This document shows, one piece after another, positions 1 to 10,079 of a DNA stretch of 64,000 nucleotides. Within the stretch, counting starts at the first letter, position 1. Each line of letters begins with the position of its first letter. Source of the DNA: Candidatus Cloacimonadales bacterium (GTDB lineage Bacteria; Cloacimonadota; Cloacimonadia; Cloacimonadales; JAIOQZ01); contig OY771587.1 of assembly GCA_963674825.1 (NCBI GenBank), positions 1,472,001-1,536,000 on the forward strand. The letters are read 5' to 3'. Under the pieces are notes generated by a model. It saw nothing but the letters and a program-made list of their open reading frames with translations, did not search any database and was not told where the DNA came from. The position numbers and the translations under genes were made by a program.

Positions 1-72
1 TAATTCACTTGGGCTTGCTCAGATTATGGGGTGCTAATAAATAGGCTGTTCATACAGCAAAGGAGACACATC

Positions 73-1338
73 ATGAGAAAATTGATGTTTATTTTGCTCT
101 TGCTGGGATTATCCGTTCTGTTTGCGCAATCGTGCGTGGAAGTCTGGAACACAGCTCCAGACCCCAACGGTGTTGACGTTGCGTGCTTCACAGCACCAAT
201 CGGCGATGACTTCGTGGTCGCGAGTGACACCTACATCTGCGCAATCCACACATGGATATCCTGGCAGGGCGACGTCGTTGGTACGATAACGAGTATCAAC
301 GCGAGTATTTACGGACACGGAACCGCTGAACCGAATGGGTTACTCTGGAGTCACACCTTCTTCCCCGGGGATGGTATTACGTCCATTGGAACCGCAAATT
401 TAGGTAATCAGTGGTTCTATTATCCGATCGGCGGCACTCTTCTTCCTGCTGATCATAACAACTACTATGAGCTGAATCTGGGGGATTGCGATTTAGCCCA
501 GTACATCTCGGATGTGACAACACCATTCCACGCGCTTTCTGGAACCCGTTACTGGCTGGTTCTGCAGATTACTGCGTCTGGTGGCGATGTCGGCTGGAAA
601 ACTTCAGCTTCCGACGATGGTTTCGACGCTACATTCTGGAATACTGGCACCACTCAGTTTGAGAGTGTGCTGATTCCAGCGTACGATGGATCCGTCCACC
701 TGGCGTTCAGCCTCTGCGGATGCGATGATGAGACCTGTCCTGTCGAACTGTCGAGTTTCGATGCTGCGGTTACGCAGAGCAACTTCGTGCAGCTCAACTG
801 GACCACCGAGTCCGAGAACGACCTACTGGGATACTTCGTGCTCCGCAGCGAATCCGATGTCCTGAACGAGGCCATCCCTATCAACACGGAGTACATCCTC
901 GCCAACAACACGACGAATCAGTGCGATTACGTCTTCACCGATACCGAAGTTGAGCTGAATACAACCTACAATTACTGGCTGGAAAGCATAGAAATGAATG
1001 GTTCGAGCGATTTCTTCGGTCCGGTAAGTGTTATCGTCGAAGATGATGGTGGACAAACCCCGCCGGATCCTGGTGAAGTACTGACGGTGTTCTATTCGGT
1101 TTATCCGAACCCGTTCAATCCGAACACCAAGTTCAGCTACTCACTCACCGAAGCCGGTGATGTATCGTTTAAGATCTACAACACAAAAGGACAACTTGTC
1201 AAAGAGATTACCGATCACGGGAATGCAGGTACGAACAGCGTAAGCTGGGACGCAAGTGGGCAGGCGTCGGGGATTTACATGATCCACATGGAAACCGCCA
1301 ATTACTCGTCGATGCGCAAAGCAATCCTGATCAAGTAA
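73..1338 (+). CDS. Secreted protein with C-terminal T9SS type A sorting/FlgD-Ig domain
   Basis: AGGAGA RBS at 61-66 and ATG at 73; signal peptide MRKLMFILLLLGLSVLFA; PVELSSF motif; tail YPNPFNP...YNTKGQLV...ASGIY...KAILIK. Confidence 0.85.
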   Translation: MRKLMFILLLLGLSVLFAQSCVEVWNTAPDPNGVDVACFTAPIGDDFVVASDTYICAIHTWISWQGDVVGTITSINASIYGHGTAEPNGLLWSHTFFPGDGITSIGTANLGNQWFYYPIGGTLLPADHNNYYELNLGDCDLAQYISDVTTPFHALSGTRYWLVLQITASGGDVGWKTSASDDGFDATFWNTGTTQFESVLIPAYDGSVHLAFSLCGCDDETCPVELSSFDAAVTQSNFVQLNWTTESENDLLGYFVLRSESDVLNEAIPINTEYILANNTTNQCDYVFTDTEVELNTTYNYWLESIEMNGSSDFFGPVSVIVEDDGGQTPPDPGEVLTVFYSVYPNPFNPNTKFSYSLTEAGDVSFKIYNTKGQLVKEITDHGNAGTNSVSWDASGQASGIYMIHMETANYSSMRKAILIK

Positions 1339-1349
1339 TCACTTCCGAC

Positions 1350-1385
1350 AAAAAAAACCGCCCTTCTTCAGAGGGGCGGTTTTCT
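1350..1385. terminator. Intrinsic terminator, copy 1 (probably bidirectional)
   Basis: A-run, stem AACCGCCCTTC-ttca-GAGGGGCGGTT, T-run, just after the stop at 1338. Confidence 0.8.
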
Positions 1386-1440
1386 GTTTATATAAAAGCA
1401 GATCAAACATGGAACAAAAATCCTGCATCGCAGCCTGATT

Positions 1441-1562
1441 GGATCGCCAAGCCCCAGCTTGGCTACAGGGTGCGATGAATATCAAATGAAGAGAGACATA
1501 AGTTCCTCATCGATCATTTTTGCTCAAATCCAAGGAGATGCCAAGCTGGTGCTTGGCGATCC
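1441..1562. repeat. Inverted pair of 23-bp REP-like palindromic units (REPIN-like)
   Basis: GGATCGCCAAGCCCCAGCTTGGC (1441-1463) and GCCAAGCTGGTGCTTGGCGATCC (1540-1562) are reverse complements with 1 mismatch; each contains a GCCAAGC-N4-GCTTGGC hairpin. Confidence 0.75.
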
Positions 1563-1563
1563 G

Positions 1564-1607
1564 AAAAAGAGAACCGCCCTTCTACAGAGGGGCGGTTTTC
1601 TTCTTTC
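1564..1607. terminator. Intrinsic terminator, copy 2
   Basis: 1572-1601 matches 1356-1385 at 29 of 30 nt; lies at the 3' end of the convergent gene. Confidence 0.75.
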
Positions 1608-1621
1608 TACAAATCTATTGA

Positions 1622-2089
1622 TCAGATATGAACCGCTTTGTATTCAACGATCTGCGAACTCATACTCCGAAAGGTTATCCTCCGCATTTCGGGTTCACAG
1701 GCAAGGATCACCTTGAGGTGATTCGCGTTGTTTCTGCGATCATAGATCATTGTTTGTGACAGTCTTTTTACAATAAAGATCCCAAGTCCACCCGCCGGTC
1801 TTTGCTCGATCGGCAGATCAAGGTTCGGTTCAGGCATCTGAAGTGGATTGAAATCAATCCCGTCATCGACGAACTTAAGATGAATCTCGCCCGGCTGAGA
1901 GGATATCCGTATCTGGATAGCGTGCTCCTCGCCGTCGTTGAATCCGTAATTAACGATGTTCGAAAGAACTTCGTCCATGATCAGCGTCAGGTTGAAGGTT
2001 GTTCTTTGTGACAGGTCAAGCTTCTCGATGAACCTGTGAACTCTTCCAATTTCAGATAGCTGATTCTTAATAATCAAGTCATATTCCAT
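1622..2089 (-). CDS. RsbW-like anti-sigma factor / Ser kinase (HATPase_c_2)
   Basis: DEVLSNIVNYG, DDGIDFNP and GGLGIFIV boxes; AGGTGG RBS before the ATG at 2089. Confidence 0.85.
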   Translation of the reverse strand: MEYDLIIKNQLSEIGRVHRFIEKLDLSQRTTFNLTLIMDEVLSNIVNYGFNDGEEHAIQIRISSQPGEIHLKFVDDGIDFNPLQMPEPNLDLPIEQRPAGGLGIFIVKRLSQTMIYDRRNNANHLKVILACEPEMRRITFRSMSSQIVEYKAVHI

Positions 2090-2263
2090 GGCAACCACCT
2101 GTATATTATCTATACACCAGATAATCTGAACAGGAAATGTTGAAAGCCAAACATTTTAATGTTTAATTTTTCTCAACACAAACCCTCAACACAGATTCAG
2201 GAAAAATTCCTTGTAAAAAAGCAGCACACGACTGAAATGGAAAAAAAGCAATCAGGAGAGATT

Positions 2264-3520
2264 ATGCATGCAGATCTTATCATTATAAATGCAAAGGAAC
2301 TCCTTACGCTTCAAGGTGATGCAACTCCTCGAAGTGGAAAGGCGATGAACGAACTTGGTATCGTCAAAAACGGCGCTGTAGCAATCAAGGACGGCAAAAT
2401 CGCCGCGGTTGGAACGACTGAAGAAATTCTTTCACAATGGCAGGGAGAGACTTACGACGCAAAAGGATGCGTTGTTATGCCCGGGTTCGTTGACCCACAC
2501 ACACATCCCGTGTTTTTCAACACGCGCGAAAATGAGTTTGAGATGCGCATCGAAGGCAAGACGTATGTCGAGATCTCAAAGAGCGGTGGTGGCATCCGTT
2601 CGAGCATCGAAGCCGTTCGCAAAGCAGATGAGGAGACACTTTTCCAGCTTTCGAAGAAGCGTATCGAGCGTATGATCAGTTGCGGAACCACAACACTGGA
2701 GGCAAAGAGCGGCTACGGTCTCTCCACCGAAAGCGAACTCAAGATGCTGCGCGTGATCAAGCGCCTGAACGACGAGCTTCCCATCGAGATCGTCCCCACC
2801 TTCATGGGCGCTCACGAATTCCCCGTCGAATACAAAGACAACCGCGAAGAATACATCCGCATCCTGAAAGAAGAGATGATGCCGAAGGTCGCCGAAGAAG
2901 GCCTGGCGCGCTATTGCGACATCTTCACCGAAGATCACGTCTATTCCATTGAGCAATCACGCGATATTCTTACTCGCGCGAAAGAACTCGGTTTCCAGAT
3001 CCGCATGCACGCGGACGAGATCGAGCCCATCGGTGGCGCTGAACTCGCTGGCGAGATGAAAGCGGTTTCCGCAGATCACCTGGGGGCGGCATCCGATGAA
3101 GGCATTCGCGCAATGCGTGATGGTGGCGTAATTGCGGTACTGCTTCCCGGCACAATCTTCAGCCTGGGCATGAAATCCTACGCCAGAGCGCGCAAGATGA
3201 TCGAAGAAGGTCTGCCCGTCGCGCTCGCCACTGACTACAATCCCGGTAGCTGCAACTGCGACAGCATGCCTATGATCATCACCATCGCGACCCTCCAAAT
3301 GCGCATGACGATCGCCGAAGCCATCACCGCCGCAACCATCAACGCAGCTTACTCCCTCGAAATGGGCGACAGAACCGGCTCGATCGAAGTGGGGAAACAG
3401 GCGGACATCCTCATCATGGATATGCCTTCGTACCAGTATCTTCCATACCACTTCGGCTCCAGCGACGTGTTAAAAGTCTTCAAACAAGGGAACCTGATTT
3501 ACGATCGTGGCAAATGTTGA
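2264..3520 (+). CDS. hutI: Imidazolonepropionase
   Basis: PGFVDPHTH, GGGI, EAKSGYGL, HADE, ATDYNPG motifs; AGGAGA RBS before the ATG at 2264. Confidence 0.93.
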   Translation: MHADLIIINAKELLTLQGDATPRSGKAMNELGIVKNGAVAIKDGKIAAVGTTEEILSQWQGETYDAKGCVVMPGFVDPHTHPVFFNTRENEFEMRIEGKTYVEISKSGGGIRSSIEAVRKADEETLFQLSKKRIERMISCGTTTLEAKSGYGLSTESELKMLRVIKRLNDELPIEIVPTFMGAHEFPVEYKDNREEYIRILKEEMMPKVAEEGLARYCDIFTEDHVYSIEQSRDILTRAKELGFQIRMHADEIEPIGGAELAGEMKAVSADHLGAASDEGIRAMRDGGVIAVLLPGTIFSLGMKSYARARKMIEEGLPVALATDYNPGSCNCDSMPMIITIATLQMRMTIAEAITAATINAAYSLEMGDRTGSIEVGKQADILIMDMPSYQYLPYHFGSSDVLKVFKQGNLIYDRGKC

Positions 3521-4538
3521 AATAACACGCGCGCTCCTCGCATGGTACGAGTCGGAAAAGCGCGATCTTCCCTGGCGCAGAACCACCGATCCATATCGTA
3601 TCTGGATCTCGGAGATCATGCTTCAGCAGACCAGAGTACAGACGGTGATTGATTACTACGAGCGCTTCCTCGATTCCTTCCCGGATGTCGAGACGCTTGC
3701 AAACGCAGATTTCGAAGATGTGCTGAAAGCCTGGGAAGGACTAGGCTACTATAGACGCTCGAAGAATCTATACATGGCAGCGAAGGTGATTGCGCAAGAC
3801 TACAGCGGTCAACTCCCCGAAGATGTTTCCGAACTGGAGAAGCTTCCCGGATTTGGATTTTACACAGCTTCGGCGGTAGCCTCAATCGCATTCCGCAAGC
3901 GAACCGTTCCGGTTGACGGCAACATCGTGCGGGTACTGTCACGTCTGCAACGGATCGCGACCGACGGCAAAAGCCTGATGGACAAACGCGACATCCAGCG
4001 TCGTGCGATGCAGCTATTGCCATCAGACGAGAAGGATATCCCCAACTTGGTGCAATCGCTGATGGAGCTGGGTGCACTGATCTGCCTTCCGGACAATCCC
4101 AAGTGTAAAAATTGCCCGATTCAAGCGTATTGCGCGGCGAAACAAACGGACGATGTATTGCTTTATCCTATTCGGATAAAGAAAGATAAGCTTCCCGTCG
4201 TGCATCGCGAGATCGCTATGATTTATCGCAACGGCAAAATTTTAATGGTCAAACGAGCTGAAAATGGTTTACTGGCATCAATGTGGGAATTCCCCGCTTT
4301 GTGCGAACACGAAGAAATTCGAGTGCTAACGAAGCAAAAGCTTTTTCAGGCGTCCCACATTTTCACACACCTGAAATGGGTGCTGGAAATTTTCTCCTGC
4401 CGTATCGCCGAACTGTCGGAAAGCAGCGGGATGAGATGGTTCACGCCTGATGAGGTGCAAGCGCTGGCATTGCCGGTGGTTTTTCGCAGAATATGGAACA
4501 GATGGTTGTCTGAAAAGAGGCAGGAACGAGATGGATAA
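3507..4538 (+). CDS. mutY: A/G-specific adenine DNA glycosylase
   Basis: RDLPWR, SEIMLQQT, WEGLGYY, VDGN, 4Fe-4S motif C-X6-C-X2-C-X5-C, NUDIX-like C-terminus (WEFP, HIFTH). Confidence 0.93.
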   Translation: MANVEITRALLAWYESEKRDLPWRRTTDPYRIWISEIMLQQTRVQTVIDYYERFLDSFPDVETLANADFEDVLKAWEGLGYYRRSKNLYMAAKVIAQDYSGQLPEDVSELEKLPGFGFYTASAVASIAFRKRTVPVDGNIVRVLSRLQRIATDGKSLMDKRDIQRRAMQLLPSDEKDIPNLVQSLMELGALICLPDNPKCKNCPIQAYCAAKQTDDVLLYPIRIKKDKLPVVHREIAMIYRNGKILMVKRAENGLLASMWEFPALCEHEEIRVLTKQKLFQASHIFTHLKWVLEIFSCRIAELSESSGMRWFTPDEVQALALPVVFRRIWNRWLSEKRQERDG

Positions 4539-5433
4539 ATATTATCGCGACAAGCGATCGATCGAGGTAAAGGTCGGGATCATCACGGTTGTATCGCTTT
4601 TAATCCTGGTGTTGGGCTACGCGTGGCTCAAGCAGTACCTGGACATGCGTAACTACACGCAGGTGACGGTGAAATTCGAGAACGCGAACAACATCAAGCC
4701 AGGTGAAACAGTCACCATGAACGGCGTGGAAGTTGGCCGGGTGAAATCGCTGCAAGTACAGGAAGACGGCGTTGTAATGACGCTTCTTGTGCGCATGCAC
4801 TTCCCGCTGAAAGAAGGAACACTGTTCCGGCTTCATGAATCCAACCTGATGGGAGGAAAGCGCGTGGATATCGATCCTGGAGCTGGCCCGGGCGAGCTCG
4901 ATCTGACACAGGTTCAGACCGGACACACTGACGCTGGTATCACGGGGGTTTTTGCACGGCTGGACAACCTGGTGGAGAAGGTCGATGGCATCATCTCGCA
5001 GATAGGCGGTTCAGATGGTATTCTGGGGGAATTCTATGCGCTTGCCGATTCCGCAAAAGCCATGCTGGCCAACCTCAACGATATCATTGGCGAAAACCGA
5101 GAGCCGCTGAGCGATACCGTCGCGGGAGCTTCGGACGCTTTCGTTAAAATCAACCGCATCCTCAATGAGAATGAGGATCCGCTCAAGCAAACGGTAGAAA
5201 ACCTTGATGGCGCAGCGGGAGACGCACGAAAACTCTTCGCGCGGCTGGATACTCTGGTTGCTCGGTTCGATCGAATTTCGAACAACATCGAATCTGGTGA
5301 CACCACCGTTTCGAACCTGTTGAACGAAAAAGAACTGTATGTCGATATGGTAGAAGCTGTTGCGCAGCTCGATTCACTTTTACAGGATGTGAAGGCACAT
5401 CCCAAAAAATACATCAATCTTAGCGTGTTCTAA
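4531..5433 (+). CDS. MlaD/MCE family protein
   Basis: EVKVG plus TM helix; MCE motif V..NGVEVGRV; helical tail ending DVKAHPKKYINLSVF. Confidence 0.88.
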   Translation: MDKYYRDKRSIEVKVGIITVVSLLILVLGYAWLKQYLDMRNYTQVTVKFENANNIKPGETVTMNGVEVGRVKSLQVQEDGVVMTLLVRMHFPLKEGTLFRLHESNLMGGKRVDIDPGAGPGELDLTQVQTGHTDAGITGVFARLDNLVEKVDGIISQIGGSDGILGEFYALADSAKAMLANLNDIIGENREPLSDTVAGASDAFVKINRILNENEDPLKQTVENLDGAAGDARKLFARLDTLVARFDRISNNIESGDTTVSNLLNEKELYVDMVEAVAQLDSLLQDVKAHPKKYINLSVF

Positions 5434-5464
5434 TGAGTAACATGATAACTCTCAGTGGGTGTTG

Positions 5465-8400
5465 ATGAAGAACAAGATTATCCTCTCGATCGTGCTGGCA
5501 CTCATGTGTGTCTGCCTTTTCCCGGTTTACTACGGTAAAAACAAAGTGCAAAAGAAGAAGGTGGAGTGGTCCATCATCGAAACGATGCACTTCGATATCT
5601 ATTTCAAGAAGGGTTCGGAAGATTTCGGCAAAATCGCCGCGCTCATGTCCGAAGAGGCATATTACTACCTCAAGCAGGACTTCAAGGAACCCATCCGCTA
5701 CCGTATTCCGATCATCTTCTACGAATCGCACAGCGAATTCGAGACCACCAACATCATCTATCCGCTTCTGAGCGAAGGTGTCGGCGGTTTCACCGAATAT
5801 GAAAAGAACCGTGTTGTAATTCCGTTCGACGGAAGCTATCGAAAGCTGGAAGAGGTGCTGACCCACGAACTGACTCACGCGTATGTGGGCGCAGTTTCTC
5901 ATGGCGGTATGCTGCGTTCCAGCGGTGGATTGCCCTTCTGGTTCAGCGAAGGTTTGCCAGAGTTCGAAGCGATCGGTGGCAAAGACAATTACAACAATAT
6001 GTTCATCATCGATATGATCCTGAACGACACACTCTATCCGATCAACATGATCGGCGGTTACTATGCCTACAGAATGGGCGAAGCGTTCCTGACGTGGATC
6101 TCGGAAGTCTATGGCCGCGAAACGGTGATGAAATTCTTCCACTCCGCTAGCATCGCACGCGATCCCGACGCATCCACGCAAAAAACCTTCGGCATGAAGT
6201 TCGAGGAACTTCAACAGCGCTGGGAAATCGCCCTCAAGCGAAAGTATTATCCACTTATCGAAGACTACGAGATGCCATTTGAAATCCTGGAGAAACACAC
6301 TGATCACGAGAAGACTGGCTCCTATCTCAACTACGCGCCGCGTTTTTCGCCCAACGGGCAGGATTTCCTCCATTTTTCCAACATCGACTACCGTACTGGT
6401 ATCTGGAAGGGATCGCTGATCGATTTGCAAAAAGATGAGCTGGTCTTGGAAGGCGAAACCACCGGCTCAGTTCAGGAATTCCATTTCCTGCGTAACAACG
6501 TTGCCTGGCTGGATGAACATCGATTTGCTTTCGTCGCCAAATCGACCTTCGGCGACAGGCTTTACGTAATGAATATCGATTCGGGAGAAAGGATCGAAGA
6601 GTATGAATTCCCGACCCTCGATAACGTTTACGAATTCGATTACTCTCCTGAAAACGGCAAGTACGTGCTCAGCGGCCAGCGCAATATGGCTACCGACCTT
6701 TACATCTTCGATCCGCGTGACGGCACCCTCGAGCAGATAACCGATGACCGCTACGACGACGGCTCACCTCGCTGGTCTCCTGACGGAACGAAGATTGCCT
6801 TCTACTCCGAACGGACAACGCGCGATGCTGCGCATCCCGACTCGAGTCATGTATTCTACAACCTCGGTCGCGACATTTTCCTCTTTGACACGACAGACCA
6901 GACATTTTACCAGGTTACCGACGATAGCTGGGAAAACCACTCTCCTTTCTGGAACAGCACAGGCGACATGCTGCTATTCATCTCAGAGAAAGACTACATC
7001 GCCAATTTCGACGTAATCAAACTCGATACCGGCCAAAGAGCCCCGGTTACCAAAACCCTTTGTGGTGTATTCACCGGTGACTTGAATTACTCAGACGAAT
7101 ATCTGGCGTTTTCATGCTTCTACAGCAACGGCTGGGACGTCTATTCACTCTCCAATCCGCTGGAAGACCTCGACTTTTACGAATATCATACACCAGTTCC
7201 AACCGTTCTGCACGATGACTTCTACAGCCGCATGGATATCGACCGCTATGAGCTTTTCGGCAAACGCGAGCGTGAATTCAAGCGCGAACGGCCGGATTTC
7301 TCCAATCGCAATGTCACCATGATCGATCTGGGCAAGCCTGCTGAAAGCGACAGCCTGATCAAAGAACACAATCAGCGAATCGACGCGAAGCCGGATACAG
7401 TATCGGTACGTCCGGAATTCAAACCCTTCCATCTCAAATGGTCGCTAGACCGCTTCTGGGGAGGTATGGCCTATTCATCGAGTTACGGCGCACTGGGGTA
7501 TTTCCAGTTCAGCATGAGCGACCTGATGGGCGATCACGCGCTGGGTGTGCAGCTATCGCTTGCCGGAGACCTTGACGACTCGAGCGTTGGCGTGATGTAT
7601 TATTATCTACCACATCGAATCGACCTCGGCGTCGGTGCGTTCTACTACAACACCGAGACGATCTACCTCGATTACTGGTACGATTCGATCAATTCGCGCT
7701 TTATGGACGGGAAAATCATCGAGCGCGACTTCGGACTGGAATCGGTGATCAGCTATCCGTTCAATAAATTCTGGCGACTCGATATCAGCAATTCGCTCTC
7801 CAAGTGGGAGCGTGAGCGATATTACTGGGACTACGACCTGGCAACTGAAGAGGCGTCGGATGGAGAATGGATTAAATACGATACGAAAGAAGCCGCCGTT
7901 TACGCGATCGGACTCGATCTGGTACAGGACAATACCCTGTGGAGTCAGACAGGACCGATATCCGGCTGGCGTGGTGCGGTGTCACTCGACAAGAGCCTTT
8001 CCAACGATGACGAATACTTCATCGCGTATGGTGATCTACGTAGCTATCTTCTCTTCAACAAGCGCTATGCATTCGCATTCCGCTTCCTGGGTGGCGCCAG
8101 CATGGGCAAAGATCCCCGCGTGTTCTCAATCCGCGGTTACAATGGTGTTCGTGGCGTCCGGGACGATCTCGAGGGTGATCGCAAGTTCCTCGGGTCCATC
8201 GAACTGCGTTACCCGATTATCGACTACTTCCAGATCAGCTTCCCGCTACCGATCGTTTTCCAAGAGCTCCGTGGGAGCATCTTCTACGATTTTGGAAGCG
8301 TGTGGTACGATGAAGATGGTTATCACGGTATCGTTGACAACGAATTGCAGGATCTTCGCATGGGATATGGTTTCGGGCCGCGCTGGCTTCTGGGATGGTT

Positions 8401-8488
8401 CGTATTTAAGCTCGATATCGCCTGGGAGACTGATACGCACACCAGCAGCAAGCCCACTTATTACCTCTGGCTTGCGCCTGACTTCTAA
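5465..8488 (+). CDS. Outer-membrane protein: zinc-peptidase-like domain, TolB/PD40 propeller and Omp85 (BamA/TamA-like) barrel
   Basis: Signal peptide; HELTH plus WFSEG; PRWSPDG-type repeats; IRGY/VRG, ELRYP and GYGFGPR barrel motifs; terminal Phe. Confidence 0.82.
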   Translation: MKNKIILSIVLALMCVCLFPVYYGKNKVQKKKVEWSIIETMHFDIYFKKGSEDFGKIAALMSEEAYYYLKQDFKEPIRYRIPIIFYESHSEFETTNIIYPLLSEGVGGFTEYEKNRVVIPFDGSYRKLEEVLTHELTHAYVGAVSHGGMLRSSGGLPFWFSEGLPEFEAIGGKDNYNNMFIIDMILNDTLYPINMIGGYYAYRMGEAFLTWISEVYGRETVMKFFHSASIARDPDASTQKTFGMKFEELQQRWEIALKRKYYPLIEDYEMPFEILEKHTDHEKTGSYLNYAPRFSPNGQDFLHFSNIDYRTGIWKGSLIDLQKDELVLEGETTGSVQEFHFLRNNVAWLDEHRFAFVAKSTFGDRLYVMNIDSGERIEEYEFPTLDNVYEFDYSPENGKYVLSGQRNMATDLYIFDPRDGTLEQITDDRYDDGSPRWSPDGTKIAFYSERTTRDAAHPDSSHVFYNLGRDIFLFDTTDQTFYQVTDDSWENHSPFWNSTGDMLLFISEKDYIANFDVIKLDTGQRAPVTKTLCGVFTGDLNYSDEYLAFSCFYSNGWDVYSLSNPLEDLDFYEYHTPVPTVLHDDFYSRMDIDRYELFGKREREFKRERPDFSNRNVTMIDLGKPAESDSLIKEHNQRIDAKPDTVSVRPEFKPFHLKWSLDRFWGGMAYSSSYGALGYFQFSMSDLMGDHALGVQLSLAGDLDDSSVGVMYYYLPHRIDLGVGAFYYNTETIYLDYWYDSINSRFMDGKIIERDFGLESVISYPFNKFWRLDISNSLSKWERERYYWDYDLATEEASDGEWIKYDTKEAAVYAIGLDLVQDNTLWSQTGPISGWRGAVSLDKSLSNDDEYFIAYGDLRSYLLFNKRYAFAFRFLGGASMGKDPRVFSIRGYNGVRGVRDDLEGDRKFLGSIELRYPIIDYFQISFPLPIVFQELRGSIFYDFGSVWYDEDGYHGIVDNELQDLRMGYGFGPRWLLGWFVFKLDIAWETDTHTSSKPTYYLWLAPDF

Positions 8489-8499
8489 ATCTCTGTAGC

Positions 8500-9900
8500 C
8501 TATTCCTCGCTCTTCACGCGGTCGTCGATCGTGGTTTCAACCAACCGCACGATATCGCGCAGTGCTTCTTCGCGCAGCAGTAAGTTGCGTAATTCCAATG
8601 CGTTCTGGCGTGCCTCATTCTCTGACTTCCCAAAACCACGTGTATCGCGATACTCCTCATTCGGCAGCCTGAAGGTCAGTAGCGTCCTGCTACCGGAACC
8701 ATTCAAAAGACGCAGGTTGAGCATCGAACGCGCAGCTTTGTAGCCAAACACAGCTTCGGAGGAATCACTTGATGTTGCGCGGAATTCCGCCTGCACAATA
8801 TAGTTTGTCTTCAGCGAATCAGTCGATTGCATCACTCGAAATCCCTGTTCCTGCAAACGACGCTCCAATTCGGTGGCAAGCCAGGTGTTTTCCGGCTGTG
8901 TCTGAATATCCAGCGAGATCGTAATGTTGTGATGATTCAGCGGCGAAGGAAGCGTGACCCGCAGACTGGGAAGAAATTGCACAACATCGGATTGATCCTG
9001 CACACAGCCTGCGACCAGCAGTAACTCGGCATCATCGCTGCCAGTGAAACGGTAATCGATGTCGATGATTCCATCCGCGCTCGAAAACACAACCCTGTCA
9101 ACATCCAGCACATCCGAAATCACCCGTACCGGCATGCCGGCAATGGGCGTTTCGTCAAGCATCACAGTATATTGTAATCTCCCTTCCAGGTCGCCTTCTC
9201 TGGCTACATATTCAATGTGCATACGGGTCGTGAGATTGCGCAGAATCCCTTCAAGACGCGCCTTGTTATCCTGGAATTGCTGATACTCAGGCAGGTGGAT
9301 CATCCAGTACTGCGAGAGAAATTCCTGCTCGATCGCCATGACCGATTCATAAAGAAGAAAGAGTTCGGGGATCCTCGCAGGATCAGTTATTGGAGTTGTT
9401 GATTCAAGTACCCGAAATCTGCGCGAAAATTGCCGGATTGTCTCTTTCCAAAGCGCTCTGAACTCCTCTTCCCGGAAAGGTGCTGCGACCCACGCTTTGT
9501 AGTAACGGGTCACGCCCTGCGAAGTCATGCGCTCCCACTTCTCGACGTAGCGCCGCTCGGGCGATACTTTGATGATGTTGCGTGCATAAATGCGTGACTT
9601 ATCCTCGGTGGTCAGGGTGCGGTTGACGATTCCGCTTTGCACGCTATCGGTGCCGGTCTCCAGGGTTTCGATGCATATCTCGATACCCAGGCTCTCCACG
9701 ATCTGACGCCGGGCGTCCTGCATGGCGTTTTCCAGGGCATCCGCCTCGGTAGGCATGGGTTGTGATACCCCAACGTATATCGGCGGACGAAGGCCTTCGC
9801 GCAATTCACGATCGCCTTCACGATCTACTATTCTCTCTTCTCCGACTGACAATGCGCAGCCAGTGATAAGTAGTAATAAAACGAGTGACAGTATTCTCAT
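8500..9900 (-). CDS. Putative lipoprotein (LPP20-like N-terminal domain)
   Basis: Lipobox LITGC; 'YVGVS...ALENAMQDARRQI' pattern; 466-aa ORF. Confidence 0.6.
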   Translation of the reverse strand: MRILSLVLLLLITGCALSVGEERIVDREGDRELREGLRPPIYVGVSQPMPTEADALENAMQDARRQIVESLGIEICIETLETGTDSVQSGIVNRTLTTEDKSRIYARNIIKVSPERRYVEKWERMTSQGVTRYYKAWVAAPFREEEFRALWKETIRQFSRRFRVLESTTPITDPARIPELFLLYESVMAIEQEFLSQYWMIHLPEYQQFQDNKARLEGILRNLTTRMHIEYVAREGDLEGRLQYTVMLDETPIAGMPVRVISDVLDVDRVVFSSADGIIDIDYRFTGSDDAELLLVAGCVQDQSDVVQFLPSLRVTLPSPLNHHNITISLDIQTQPENTWLATELERRLQEQGFRVMQSTDSLKTNYIVQAEFRATSSDSSEAVFGYKAARSMLNLRLLNGSGSRTLLTFRLPNEEYRDTRGFGKSENEARQNALELRNLLLREEALRDIVRLVETTIDDRVKSEE

Positions 9901-9987
9901 GGATCCATCCGGATTTCGTTTATATGAATAATATAAGGATGAACGACAGGAATCCCAACCCGTTCATTGATGACGCGAAGCAGCAAA

Positions 9988-10014
9988 TTAGCGCTCTTTT
10001 GCGAAGACTGCTAA
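9988..10014 (+). promoter_or_regulatory. CIRCE element (HrcA operator) upstream of clpB
   Basis: TTAGCGCTC-ttttgcgaa-GACTGCTAA versus consensus TTAGCACTC-N9-GAGTGCTAA: one mismatch per arm, exact 9-nt spacer. Confidence 0.88.
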
Positions 10015-10020
10015 TTTTAC

Positions 10021-10049
10021 TTGACAACGCCATCTGTTTCACATATCTT
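10021..10049 (+). promoter_or_regulatory. Sigma70-type promoter of clpB
   Basis: TTGACA (10021-10026), 17 nt, TATCTT (10044-10049), immediately downstream of CIRCE. Confidence 0.65.
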
Positions 10050-10079
10050 ATTATCAAAATCAATCTTTTCGGAGGTGAT

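Noticed and set aside
9885..10079. N-terminal extension of ClpB suggested by the ORF track (similarly for hutI, the MCE, NtrC and STAS genes)
   Set aside because: The clpB extension overlaps the promoter and CIRCE; RBS position or domain boundaries support the downstream ATG in each case.
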